DNA of 32,000 bases from Candidatus Saccharimonadota bacterium (lineage in GTDB: Bacteria; Patescibacteriota; Saccharimonadia; Saccharimonadales; UBA4665): the NCBI GenBank assembly GCA_016699935.1, contig CP064992.1, positions 690,001-722,000 on the forward strand, read 5' to 3'. Position 1 is the stretch's first letter, and each line of letters opens with the position of its first letter. Positions 8,344 to 16,116 of this stretch are shown here, one piece after another. Below the pieces are notes generated by a model. That model saw only the letters and a list, made by a program, of their open reading frames with translations. It was not told the origin of the DNA and did not search any database. Made by a program: the position numbers and the translations under genes.

Positions 8344-8624
8344 TTGGTGAAATACCTTGATTGGAGCGCTGAGAAAGACGCGTTACTGAAAGCAGAACGA
8401 GGTATCGGATTTTCCGATGTGCTAACGGCACTCGAGTCTGGTGGTCTGCTCGTAGACTTACATCACCCGAGTCAAACTACCCTCACCAACGAGTTTTTAT
8501 CGTCGCAAGTTCTCGGTTATGCCTATGTGGTGCCGTATGTAGAAGACGATGAAAGATATTTCTAAAAACGATTATTCCGAGCCGACTTGCCACCAGAAAA
8601 TATTTACAAGGAGACAAATTATGA
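8344..8624 (+). CDS. brnT: BrnT-family (DUF497-type) ribonuclease toxin, reconstructed across ~3 slips
   Basis: The ORF-track piece 8344-8565 gives VKYLDWSAEKDALLKAERGIGFSDVLTALESGGLLVDLHHPS...LGYAYVVPYVEDDERYF. Adjacent frames supply NYPHQRVFIVAS and FLKTIIPSRLATRKYLQGDKL. Its TGA overlaps the next ATG (ATGA at 8621-8624). Confidence 0.75.
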
Positions 8625-8878
8625 ACGACTACGATTTACCAAAGATGAGCAACAGTTAATGGATGATATAGAATAGAGATATTTTAACACCGGTAGCTAA
8701 TTTTGCCGACCGGAAAAAACAGTTCGAAACGTACGCACGACATACGCTTAATAAAACACGTAATATAAACATTCGACTTAGTGAACGCGACGTACATCGG
8801 TTGAAGGCTCGTGCCGCCGAGGAGGGCCTACCGTATCAGACCTACGCGGCATCACTTTTGCACAAAGCAACTCGCTGA
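8621..8878 (+). CDS. brnA: BrnA-type CopG/RHH antitoxin, reconstructed (no ORF-track entry because of two A-run slips)
   Basis: MNDYDL(T)KDEQQLMDDIE...NRDILTPVANFADRKKQFETYARHTLNKTRNINIRLSERDVHRLKARAAEEGLPYQTYAASLLHKATR. The N- and C-terminal parts share one frame. The middle reads correctly only if ttacc (~8636) and gaatag (~8671) each lack A residues. Confidence 0.75.
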
Positions 8879-8893
8879 TTGCAGATGAAAGAT

Positions 8894-8990
8894 GATGCAA
8901 GAGTCATGAGACATGAGTCATGAGTGAATCCCAAAAAAAAACACAAAAAACTCGCTAAAATCCCAGGTGAAAATCCTGGGATTTTGCTAT
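8894..8990. repeat. Intergenic module R1, copy b: 5 heptads, A/C-rich tract, then hairpin
   Basis: gatgcaa gagtcat gagacat gagtcat gagtgaa, then atcccaaaaaaaaacacaaaaaactcgct and the hairpin. It starts 16 nt after the brnA stop. Confidence 0.8.
8957..8985. terminator. Hairpin of R1b (same sequence as 7958-7986)
   Basis: aaaatcccagg-tgaaaat-cctgggatttt, placed downstream of brnTA. Confidence 0.5.
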
Positions 8991-9183
8991 GTATTTCAGG
9001 GGTAGAGTGGTACACTAAAAGCAATAGCGGTAAGAGGGCAGGGTGCGGTAAACGCATAAAAACAGTGAAAGACATAAAATTCCGAACAGTTGAACGCGGT
9101 TTACCCAGTACAAGGGAGGGTAGATCGTGCCCAAAAAATGCCGTAACCGTAAAACCGAGTCTCACTACATATAGGCAGTTAAA

Positions 9184-11679
9184 ATGGGTGAAAAATATCT
9201 GGCGAAAACTATGGCGGCAAGCAAACAGACTAGAAAAAAAATGTCTTGCTACATTTGCAAAACCTATAGCACGCAAGCTATACTACTTGCGGCCCAAGCG
9301 CAGGAAGCATCCTATGCTTGCCAGGATGGGATGGGGAGCGATGGCTGGGCTTATGCTGGTTACTGCAAATATCGATGTTGTCAACTTGCATCAAAAAATG
9401 TCGCTTACGGTCTAACGCCACAAGCTGAACAACTGCTTAGTTCACCAAAAACAACATACGGTGAAAGACTGAAGCTAGATACTAAAAAGGGTATCTACAA
9501 TTACAATCAAGGATTTCAAGTTGGTATAGGCGTGGATGGTCAGTTGAGTGGTCCAAGGTTTACCGCATCATTTGCGGTTGACCCAGCCAAGGGTACAACT
9601 GTTACCGATGCCGGTAAAGATGTCAGCGTGACGTTCACACCCAATTTCAAACTTGAACAGCCGAGGCAAAAAGACAACCGTTTGGTATACCCAGTTACGG
9701 GCACCACTGCCCAAAAAGTATATACGTTACGTGCTGCTAGCGTGAAGGAAGACATAATTTTCAACACCTATCAGGGAGACACGGCGGAGTTTGCTTACAA
9801 GCTCGATATGGCAGCTGGTACAGAAGCGAGGATGGAATCGAACGGTGCTTTGTCGATATATGGTGTAGATTCAACAATGCTTGGTAAGGTTTCGACGGGT
9901 TCAGAAAAGGATCAAGCACTACTAGAGAGCGCTCGCAAAAATGGTGAAAAGAATCTGCTACTTTTCACTTTCCCAGCGCCGTTTATCCGTGAAAGCGGTA
10001 AAAAGACCAGTCATGCAAAAGCTTGGTATAGTCTAAATGACAACGTCTTGACAATCCACGCTTCCAATTTAAAAGCCGCAAGCTATCCACTCAGTATTGA
10101 CCCGACAGTATATGTTGAAACGGCGCGCAAACTGATGCGGGGAAACAACGAATCAAATATCGACTTTGATGTCGACAATGAGCTGATCCAAAAAAGCCAA
10201 ACGACTGGCGCGCGTATCGATGCCTGGAACAATAACGGTGATCTTGACTACGCACTATGGGATCAAGGGACTGCCGTAGCAGGAGGATACATATATTCTG
10301 TCGGTGGACAGGAAGTATACAAAAAAGTATTCAACACTCAGGGGGCAGCCACCTTCAAGGTGCCGACAGGTGTCAGCTCGATTACGACCAAAATGTGGGG
10401 GGCGGGTGCTGGTGGCGGTGCTGGCGGGGCATCGGTAGCTGGCGGAACTGGTGGCGGTGCTGGCTATTTGTCGGCAACAGTAACAGTCAGTGCTGGAGAA
10501 ACCCTCAATTTGTACGTGGGTGGAGCTGGAAATGGCGGAGCGTACAGTGCAGCGGGTGTTGACGCAGGTGGCGGTGGCTCAGGTGGTGGTTTTTCTAGCT
10601 TGTATCGTAGTGCGACGCCATTAGTGATAGCAGCAGCCGGTGGTGCCGGTGGCGGCGGTCGAAACGCAACAGCCGGTGGTGCTGGTGGCGGTGGCGGTAC
10701 AGACACAGGCAACGGAGTTGCGGGTACAACTGTTGGAAATGGTGGCGGAGGCGGTGGTGCTACCACTGGTGGATCTCCAGCAGCAGGAACTGGTGGATCA
10801 GGTGGAAACAACGGTGGCTCAGCTGGTGCATCGCTGGCTGGTGGCGCAGGAGCGGATGGTCGTACAGGCAGTGTCGACGGTAGTGGCGTGGCGGGTGGTC
10901 TTACTTCGGGAGGGGCAGGTGGCTTGGCAAATCAAAATATTACTCGTCCTGGTGGTGGTGGTGGCGGTGGCGGTTACTATGGTGGTGGCGGTGGTGGCTC
11001 GACCACGAGTGCCAATGGCAATGCTGGTGGTGGCGGTGGCGGTGGCGGTGGGTATGCAAATACGGGTGCAGGCGTAACAGTTACCGCTCGAAACGTTGGT
11101 GCTGGCACAACGCCTGGCAACTCAGCCGACAGTGATCGAAATGGTGCTGGTACAGGAGGCACGGGTGGTACGGCTACAAATAGCGGAAGCGCTGGGTCAA
11201 ATGGAATAATCATCATAACCTATACGGTATCTGGTAATAGCACAGCCACAACAACGCGGGTTGCATGGGCACAATTCAACACCACTACAAACGTCATAGA
11301 AAGTCCAAATCCTGGTAACGGTGCTTGTACCGGTTGGTGCAATAATAGCGTCTACGATTTACCGCAAGCTCGAAACGGCTTCACGCTAGTAACCTATAAT
11401 GGCTTTTTATACGTCATGGGTGGTACGGACTCAAATACGGGAGGTACCTGCAGTGGTGCCCAAAAAGCCTGTACTACCGTTTATATTGCCAAACTTGGAG
11501 CAAATGGCGAGCCGCAGCTTTGGCATCCGACCGATACCAACAAAAATAACTGGGTATATTGGTATAGCGACACGGCGCTGGTGGTAGTACAGACGGCAGA
11601 AGCTATTTATGGTGCGGCCGCCTACAATAACCGCATGTATTTGCTAGGCGGAAAAACAAATGCAGCAGGGGAGGCGTGA
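9184..11679 (+). CDS. Gene B fragment 1: N-terminal domain, first blade, glycine-rich (polyglycine) domain, two blades
   Basis: ...ASYPLSIDPTVYVE ends the N-terminal domain. Then come GGYIYSVGGQ and FKVPTGVSSITTKMWGAGAGGGAGG...GGGGGGGGYYGGGGGG...GSNGIIIITY (10354-11225), followed by FLYVMGGT and MYLLGGK. The true N-terminus probably passes through the 8924-9415 frame (MLARMGWGAMAGLMLVTANI, 9314-9395) via slips in the A8 run (9234-9241) and A6 run (9393-9398). Confidence 0.85.
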   Translation: MGEKYLAKTMAASKQTRKKMSCYICKTYSTQAILLAAQAQEASYACQDGMGSDGWAYAGYCKYRCCQLASKNVAYGLTPQAEQLLSSPKTTYGERLKLDTKKGIYNYNQGFQVGIGVDGQLSGPRFTASFAVDPAKGTTVTDAGKDVSVTFTPNFKLEQPRQKDNRLVYPVTGTTAQKVYTLRAASVKEDIIFNTYQGDTAEFAYKLDMAAGTEARMESNGALSIYGVDSTMLGKVSTGSEKDQALLESARKNGEKNLLLFTFPAPFIRESGKKTSHAKAWYSLNDNVLTIHASNLKAASYPLSIDPTVYVETARKLMRGNNESNIDFDVDNELIQKSQTTGARIDAWNNNGDLDYALWDQGTAVAGGYIYSVGGQEVYKKVFNTQGAATFKVPTGVSSITTKMWGAGAGGGAGGASVAGGTGGGAGYLSATVTVSAGETLNLYVGGAGNGGAYSAAGVDAGGGGSGGGFSSLYRSATPLVIAAAGGAGGGGRNATAGGAGGGGGTDTGNGVAGTTVGNGGGGGGATTGGSPAAGTGGSGGNNGGSAGASLAGGAGADGRTGSVDGSGVAGGLTSGGAGGLANQNITRPGGGGGGGGYYGGGGGGSTTSANGNAGGGGGGGGGYANTGAGVTVTARNVGAGTTPGNSADSDRNGAGTGGTGGTATNSGSAGSNGIIIITYTVSGNSTATTTRVAWAQFNTTTNVIESPNPGNGACTGWCNNSVYDLPQARNGFTLVTYNGFLYVMGGTDSNTGGTCSGAQKACTTVYIAKLGANGEPQLWHPTDTNKNNWVYWYSDTALVVVQTAEAIYGAAAYNNRMYLLGGKTNAAGEA

Positions 11680-12122
11680 CCACTGTGGAGGTAGCGGACG
11701 TACGACCAAATGGCACTCTCGGTAGCTGGTCGACTTCTGGTATGCAAGTACTACCTTCTGTACGTCACGGTCACACGGTGCATATTTATAATGACACCAT
11801 GTATCTGATAGGGGGTAACAGCAACGGCACCCTGCAAAGCTCAGTTTATTACAGCAAACTAAATAGCGACGGCACAATGAACGGCTGGACTTTGACCAGT
11901 GGTTTTAGCACGTATGGGGCACGCACAACCCAAGGTGGCAGTTTTAGTACGGTGTGGGGAGCCTATATTTATTTAGCAGGCGGCTGTAGTACCGTAAATG
12001 GTAGCGGTTATTGCACGGTAGTGGAAAGCGATACGATATTAGCCAGCATTAACGCCGATGGCAGCTTGGCAGAGTGGAATAGCATAAACAACCTGACGGT
12101 AGTCGATCTGGATATAATTTGA
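11676..12122 (+). CDS. Gene B fragment 2: Kelch-type blades
   Basis: MYLIGGN and IYLAGGC, with W/G spacing typical of propeller blades. Confidence 0.75.
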   Translation: MTTVEVADVRPNGTLGSWSTSGMQVLPSVRHGHTVHIYNDTMYLIGGNSNGTLQSSVYYSKLNSDGTMNGWTLTSGFSTYGARTTQGGSFSTVWGAYIYLAGGCSTVNGSGYCTVVESDTILASINADGSLAEWNSINNLTVVDLDII

Positions 12123-12328
12123 TAGCCTGGCAGGGTGGACTGTATCGGCTGGGTGGTTGCATAAGCCAAAATGGCACTACAGGGGTGTGTGATAACACGA
12201 TATCGGCCTACGAATATGGTGTCGTGAACCAAGATGGCGATGCCAGCACGGTCAGCAACTCGAGCCGAGTGGAACAGCGCCGTGTAGTGGGGTACTCCGA
12301 TAAACTGCGACCTTCCTCCAGCAGGTGA
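12119..12328 (+). CDS. Gene B fragment 3: Kelch-type blade
   Basis: AWQGGLYRLGGCISQNGTTGVCDNTISAYEYGVVNQDGD. The frame is open upstream to ~12090 (PDGSRSGYNL). Confidence 0.6.
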   Translation: MIAWQGGLYRLGGCISQNGTTGVCDNTISAYEYGVVNQDGDASTVSNSSRVEQRRVVGYSDKLRPSSSR

Positions 12329-12361
12329 TGGCGCGGGGCAAGGCGGCCAAATGTCTCTAGC

Positions 12362-12568
12362 ATGGTTGTGGTCAATAACGGATTTATTTATAACATCGGT
12401 GGTTGCGTCGCTCCAGCCAGTGCATGCAACACAAACATGAGTGGCAATATTTCTTATGCCGAGCTAAATAGTGATGGTAAATGGCAAAACCTGCTACCTG
12501 TGGTGGCACATCATATGGTCTTTGGTGTGTTGATAGTACAAATAAGATTAATGGAGCTAACGGTTTAG
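12362..12568 (+). CDS. Gene B fragment 4: Kelch-type blade (correct frame only to ~12478)
   Basis: VVNNGFIYNIGGCVAPASACNTNMSGNISYAELNSDGK. The frame then slips into that of 12481-14517. Confidence 0.55.
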   Translation: MVVVNNGFIYNIGGCVAPASACNTNMSGNISYAELNSDGKWQNLLPVVAHHMVFGVLIVQIRLMELTV

Positions 12569-14517
12569 GTGCGGCTGGAGCGACAGTTTTCAATAATGTG
12601 ATTTACGTGGCTGGCGGTACAGATTCTACCAACTGGCAGTCTACGCTGTGGCGAGTTGGCTTAAATGCCAATGGATCTTTAGCAGGTGCCTGGTCGACCC
12701 AAGCATTCGGTACAGGAGCTGGTAATCTTGGTTTGACAGGTAATGATGCGGACGCACGGGGTTACTTCTATATGTTTACACGAGCAAACCCAAATGCAGC
12801 CAACTCAAACCCAGGAAACTTATACATCTTGGGAGGTTGTGCTGGTTCGAGTGGGATTGGTTGCAATACTTACTATACCGAAACTATAAAGTGCAATATT
12901 GATACAAGTGGCGTAGTCAATACATGTGGTACTGGCAGCCAATTGCAAATAGATGCCGACAACATAACATCGGGAGATCAAGGCTTAGGACTCATGGCAG
13001 GCACAGTGTATGCCAATAGACTGTATTTGGTGGGTGGTTCTTGCACTAGCGTGGGGGCGGCAGGCAACCCATGTGGATCGACCTATTCAGCAAACCGCAA
13101 GGACACTATATATGCCAAAATTGACAGCAGTAACAACATTGTGGCAGAAAGCGGCGGGGTCTGGCAGTTTGCATCGGCGCAAATGAATCCGGTTCGACGA
13201 CGGGCTATGTCATTTGGTTACAATGGGTATATATACTCCTTGGCAGGCTTTAGCGGCAGCAGCTCGCTTCAGGACTTACTATTCTCGAAGATAGATGTTA
13301 GCACCGGTGATATGGAGCCCTGGTCGAGCTCTGGAGTGGTGGTGACGCCGCGCTGGGATCTTCGTGCTATTGTGAGTAACGGGTATGTCTATGCCATAGG
13401 GGGCTGTGGTCTTGGCAACGGTTCGCAGCCAGAAGCACCGAGCAACTGCTTAACCATGCAGCCAGAAATTCAGACATTTCAGCTATACAATAATGATAGC
13501 GGAACACCCATGGCCTATAGTGCCACTGGTACATGTGGCGCTGGGCCGTGCTCTGGTGCGGGTGGAGTTGATCGAGTGGGGGGAAGTTCTACTATCTTGA
13601 ATGGCTACATCTACTATACGGGTGGCTGTACTAACACTGGTTGTACCACCATGAGCAACCTTACCTACTACGCCCCGATAGATAGTAATGGTGGTGTTGG
13701 TACCTGGGTGCAAGCTGCCAGTACACTACCGACAGCTCTAGCCTGGGGCAAATTACTGGCGGCCGGAGGTGCGCTTTACTATATAGGTGGGCAAACCGGT
13801 GCGGCGGCCACAACTGCCGTTTCGACAGTGTATTATACGTCTGGAATAGCTTCTGGCGTACCTACCTGGAATGCCAGCGCGGCGAGCGGTGGCGTGGGAG
13901 ATACCGCTGGACAAGTGGCGCAACCGCGCACTCAGTTTGGCGCTGCAGCATGGAATAATCGACTATATGTGGTGGGTGGTTACAGCTCTGGCGGTACCGT
14001 TCAATCTACGGTGTATGTTAGCCCGCAGCTGAGTTCGGGGGGAAATATCTCGGCTGATTCCTGGGCTTCATCGACGGCGTTTAGTGTGGCACGTGCTGGC
14101 TTAGCTGCTGTAGCCTATGCCAATAACCTGTACCTATTTGGCGGTGAGGAAACAGCTGGAAATTACCTGAACGACTCACAGTTTACCCGAATAAATAGCG
14201 ATGGTACGGTCGATGCTTGGACTTACAGCACAAGTTTACCAGGTAGGCTGCGGGACGCCGAAGGATATGCTGCCAATGGCTACCTCTATCTTTTGGGAGG
14301 TCGTTCGGCCAGCACAACATGTGTACCAAACACGCTGGTTACACCAATCAGTGCCAATACGACGATTGCTAGTGGTAATAATCCGACAGGAGTTGGTGAA
14401 TGGTACGAAACCAACAAAAAGTATACTGGCGATCGTTATGGAGCGGCTGTTGCTTATGCCAACGGGCGAGCCTACATAATGGGTGGTGCCTGTAATAGTG
14501 CTTTTGGCGGCCGGTGA
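12481..14517 (+). CDS. Gene B fragment 5: 11 consecutive Kelch-type beta-propeller blades
   Basis: Blade signatures: IYVAGGT, LYILGGC, LYLVGGS, IYSLAGF, VYAIGGC, IYYTGGC, LYYIGGQ, LYVVGGY, LYLFGGE, LYLLGGR, AYIMGGA. Each is followed ~25-30 residues later by a conserved W. Confidence 0.85.
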   Translation: MAKPATCGGTSYGLWCVDSTNKINGANGLGAAGATVFNNVIYVAGGTDSTNWQSTLWRVGLNANGSLAGAWSTQAFGTGAGNLGLTGNDADARGYFYMFTRANPNAANSNPGNLYILGGCAGSSGIGCNTYYTETIKCNIDTSGVVNTCGTGSQLQIDADNITSGDQGLGLMAGTVYANRLYLVGGSCTSVGAAGNPCGSTYSANRKDTIYAKIDSSNNIVAESGGVWQFASAQMNPVRRRAMSFGYNGYIYSLAGFSGSSSLQDLLFSKIDVSTGDMEPWSSSGVVVTPRWDLRAIVSNGYVYAIGGCGLGNGSQPEAPSNCLTMQPEIQTFQLYNNDSGTPMAYSATGTCGAGPCSGAGGVDRVGGSSTILNGYIYYTGGCTNTGCTTMSNLTYYAPIDSNGGVGTWVQAASTLPTALAWGKLLAAGGALYYIGGQTGAAATTAVSTVYYTSGIASGVPTWNASAASGGVGDTAGQVAQPRTQFGAAAWNNRLYVVGGYSSGGTVQSTVYVSPQLSSGGNISADSWASSTAFSVARAGLAAVAYANNLYLFGGEETAGNYLNDSQFTRINSDGTVDAWTYSTSLPGRLRDAEGYAANGYLYLLGGRSASTTCVPNTLVTPISANTTIASGNNPTGVGEWYETNKKYTGDRYGAAVAYANGRAYIMGGACNSAFGGR

Positions 14518-15047
14518 CCGCACGTATCAGACGACGCTGAAATCACAGCCCCAAGTCGCTAAATATTCACGCATGATCGACACTGACACAGATGTTTTCC
14601 CGACCAAATGGCTGCTAAACGGGCTTGATAATTCGACTGGTGCCGAATGGTATCTACGATATCCGTAGCATGAACGATATAGATGGTGATACGGCTGACT
14701 GTGTTGTAGATATGACTACATGGGGACAAAGAGACAAATTACGGAAAGGTGACACTAGGTTCACCAGCAACCTACACGCCGAAAGATGGTGGTGGCACAA
14801 CTACAAACTGTGCTCGCTATTTCTATTTTTCAGTCAATATTGATAGCTCACAAGCTTTTGGCTACCCAGAAAGTGTTGACCTCGCGGACCAACCATTGCT
14901 GACCTAAGCTTGTTCTTCACAGCTGACCCTAGTAAACGGCTCTTGCATGGCAAAACTTTCACCGGCGGTGAGCAGCAACCTTTGGATACACCTTTTAAGG
15001 TTCATAATGTTAGTTATGTAATCTCGCAAGGAAAAATATGGAGTTAG
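14483..15047 (+). CDS. Gene B C-terminal region, spread over four frames
   Basis: GDRTYQTTLKSQPQVAKYSRMIDTDTDVFPTKWLLNGLDNSTGAEWYLRY | SMNDIDGDTADCVVDMTTWGQ | ETNYGKVTLGSPATYTPKDGGGTTTNCARYFYFSVNIDSSQAFGYPESV | RGPTIADLSLFFTADPSKRLLHGKTFTGGEQQPLDTPF... Confidence 0.55.
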
Positions 15048-15149
15048 AGCAGAATTTAAACGCAGCAATGAGCTGAGACGAAGATGCGTGGGAAGCGTGG
15101 CTGGGTGAAGAAAGCTCAAAAAAGCTATTAAACCAAAAAACCCTGCAAT

Positions 15150-15187
15150 ATGTAAAATAAATATACGATCGTATATAATATTTACGT
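15150..15187. promoter_or_regulatory. Imperfect 38-bp palindrome P1 overlapping a promoter-like -35/-10 upstream of the PaaX-like gene
   Basis: atgtaaaataaatatacga|tcgtatataatatttacgt, with 14 of 19 arm positions complementary. TGTAAA (15151-15156), 17-nt spacer, TATAAT (15174-15179). The gene start lies 32 nt downstream. Confidence 0.5.
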
Positions 15188-15218
15188 GGGGAAACATGAT
15201 GTAACGAAAAGATGGTCG

Positions 15219-15807
15219 ATGAAATTATTCGTTTTGGTGCGCGGGGCAGCCATCACGTCAGTCGCGGTAGCGCGAATATTGCAGAAGGTGCTCGTGGGAC
15301 CAGTCGAAAAATTAAGTCGAAAATCGATGAGAGGAAGAGAAGCGTAGAAATGAGAGGGAGGCACAGCGGGTCATACGATACATGAAGCAGCAGGGATTAC
15401 TGGCGGGGTCGTATGAACATGGGCTGCAATTGACCCGAAAAGCGCAGGGTAGGCTGGAACGCATAGAAATTGATTCTATTACTGTCACACCGACAACAGT
15501 GTGGGACGGTCTATGGAGAATAATTATTTATGATATCCCCGAAGAAAAAGGGGGCTCGCCACGCTTTTTGGTTACGGTTGCACCAGATCGGTTGTTTTCA
15601 GCTCCAGAAAAGCACCTGGATTATACCGTATGCGTGTCGCAATGAGATAGCGACACTCGCAGCACACCTGGTGTTGACGAATATGTTTCTTACTTTGAAG
15701 CAGTAAACCTAGATAATGAAAAGGTGCTGTTACGGCGTTTTAAAAACAAATATCCAGATACGAACTTTTCACAACATTCCCGCCATCATCATGCCAAGGC
15801 TTCCTAG
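15219..15807 (+). CDS. PaaX-like / Cas2-fold domain putative transcriptional regulator, reconstructed across ~3 slips
   Basis: MKLFVLVRGAAITSVAVARILQKVLVGPVEKLSRKSM | EKRRNEREAQRVIRYMKQQGLLAGSYEHGLQLTRKAQGRLERIEIDSITVTPTTVWDGLWRIIIYDIPEEK | ARHAFWLRLHQIGCFQLQKSTWIIPYACRNEIATLAAHL | GVDEYVSYFEAVNLDNEKVLLRRFKNKY. The W-D-G-x-W-R-h-h-h-F/Y-D-I-P signature is typical of PaaX-type proteins. The ORF-track piece is 15382-15645. Confidence 0.65.
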
Positions 15808-16054
15808 GAATGCTCACCCGAGCCTTGCAATGCTACTTCGAGAAATTGTGTTCGATTTACGTAATTGCTCCCGCCTCCCTAAAACCATGCATCTTCAGAG
15901 GCCTATTTTTCTTCGTTGTAGTGAGATGGAGCCTCTTCTGGGGAGGCCTATCAATCATCATTACGGATACAGCAACGTGTAATATTTGCGCATCAAGCGT
16001 ATGCCGTACACATATAATCATCATCGTCTAACTCACTCGTACTTCAACTGTAAT

Positions 16055-16094
16055 GCATGTAAATAATTTGTACGATCGTACAAATTATTTACAT
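16055..16094. promoter_or_regulatory. Perfect 40-bp palindrome P2, related to P1
   Basis: catgtaaataatttgtacga|tcgtacaaattatttacatg, a perfect 20+20 palindrome. It shares ATGTAAA...TACGATCGTA...TTTACAT with P1. Confidence 0.6.
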
Positions 16095-16116
16095 GGTTGA
16101 AAATCATGTCGTGAGT

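Larger units (their letters stand above)
9184..15047 (+). other. Reconstructed giant gene B (~1950 codons): N-terminal beta-rich domain, polyglycine domain, ~18 Kelch-type blades, conserved C-terminus
   Basis: Fragments 9184-11679, 11676-12122, 12119-12328, 12362-12568, 12481-14517, 14483-14668, 14625-14843 and two further unlisted frames up to 15047 join by single slips. One example is the G-run at ~11665: GGKTNAAGE|GVTTVEVADVRPNG. The final stop is TAG at 15045-15047. Confidence 0.6.

Noticed and set aside
7498-9415. ORFs 7498-7728, 7529-7885 (-), 7876-8133 (-), 7919-8140, 8049-8294, 8842-9276 (-) and the 5' part of 8924-9415 in the repeat-rich spacers
   Set aside because: They run through heptad repeats, A/C tracts and perfect hairpins. 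The two parallel 'proteins' (M.ESQKNKHKNSLKIPGENPGILL / MNPKKKHKKLAKIPGENPGILL) are just translations of repeat R1. Only the 3' end of 8924-9415 (from 9314) looks coding, as the gene B N-terminus.
15073-15075. UGA reassignment (code 4/25) suggested by the in-frame TGA in the small ORF and by the many interrupted genes
   Set aside because: TGA cleanly ends well-supported genes (brnT, brnA, the LCP gene). The interruptions elsewhere are frame shifts rather than in-frame TGA codons, so the standard code fits.
15382-15645. Cas2 gene / CRISPR-Cas remnant
   Set aside because: The WDGLWRIIIYDIPEEK segment fits PaaX-type regulators with an N-terminal winged-helix part (RVIRYMKQQGLL...GLQLTRKAQGRL). 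There is no cas1 and no array nearby.
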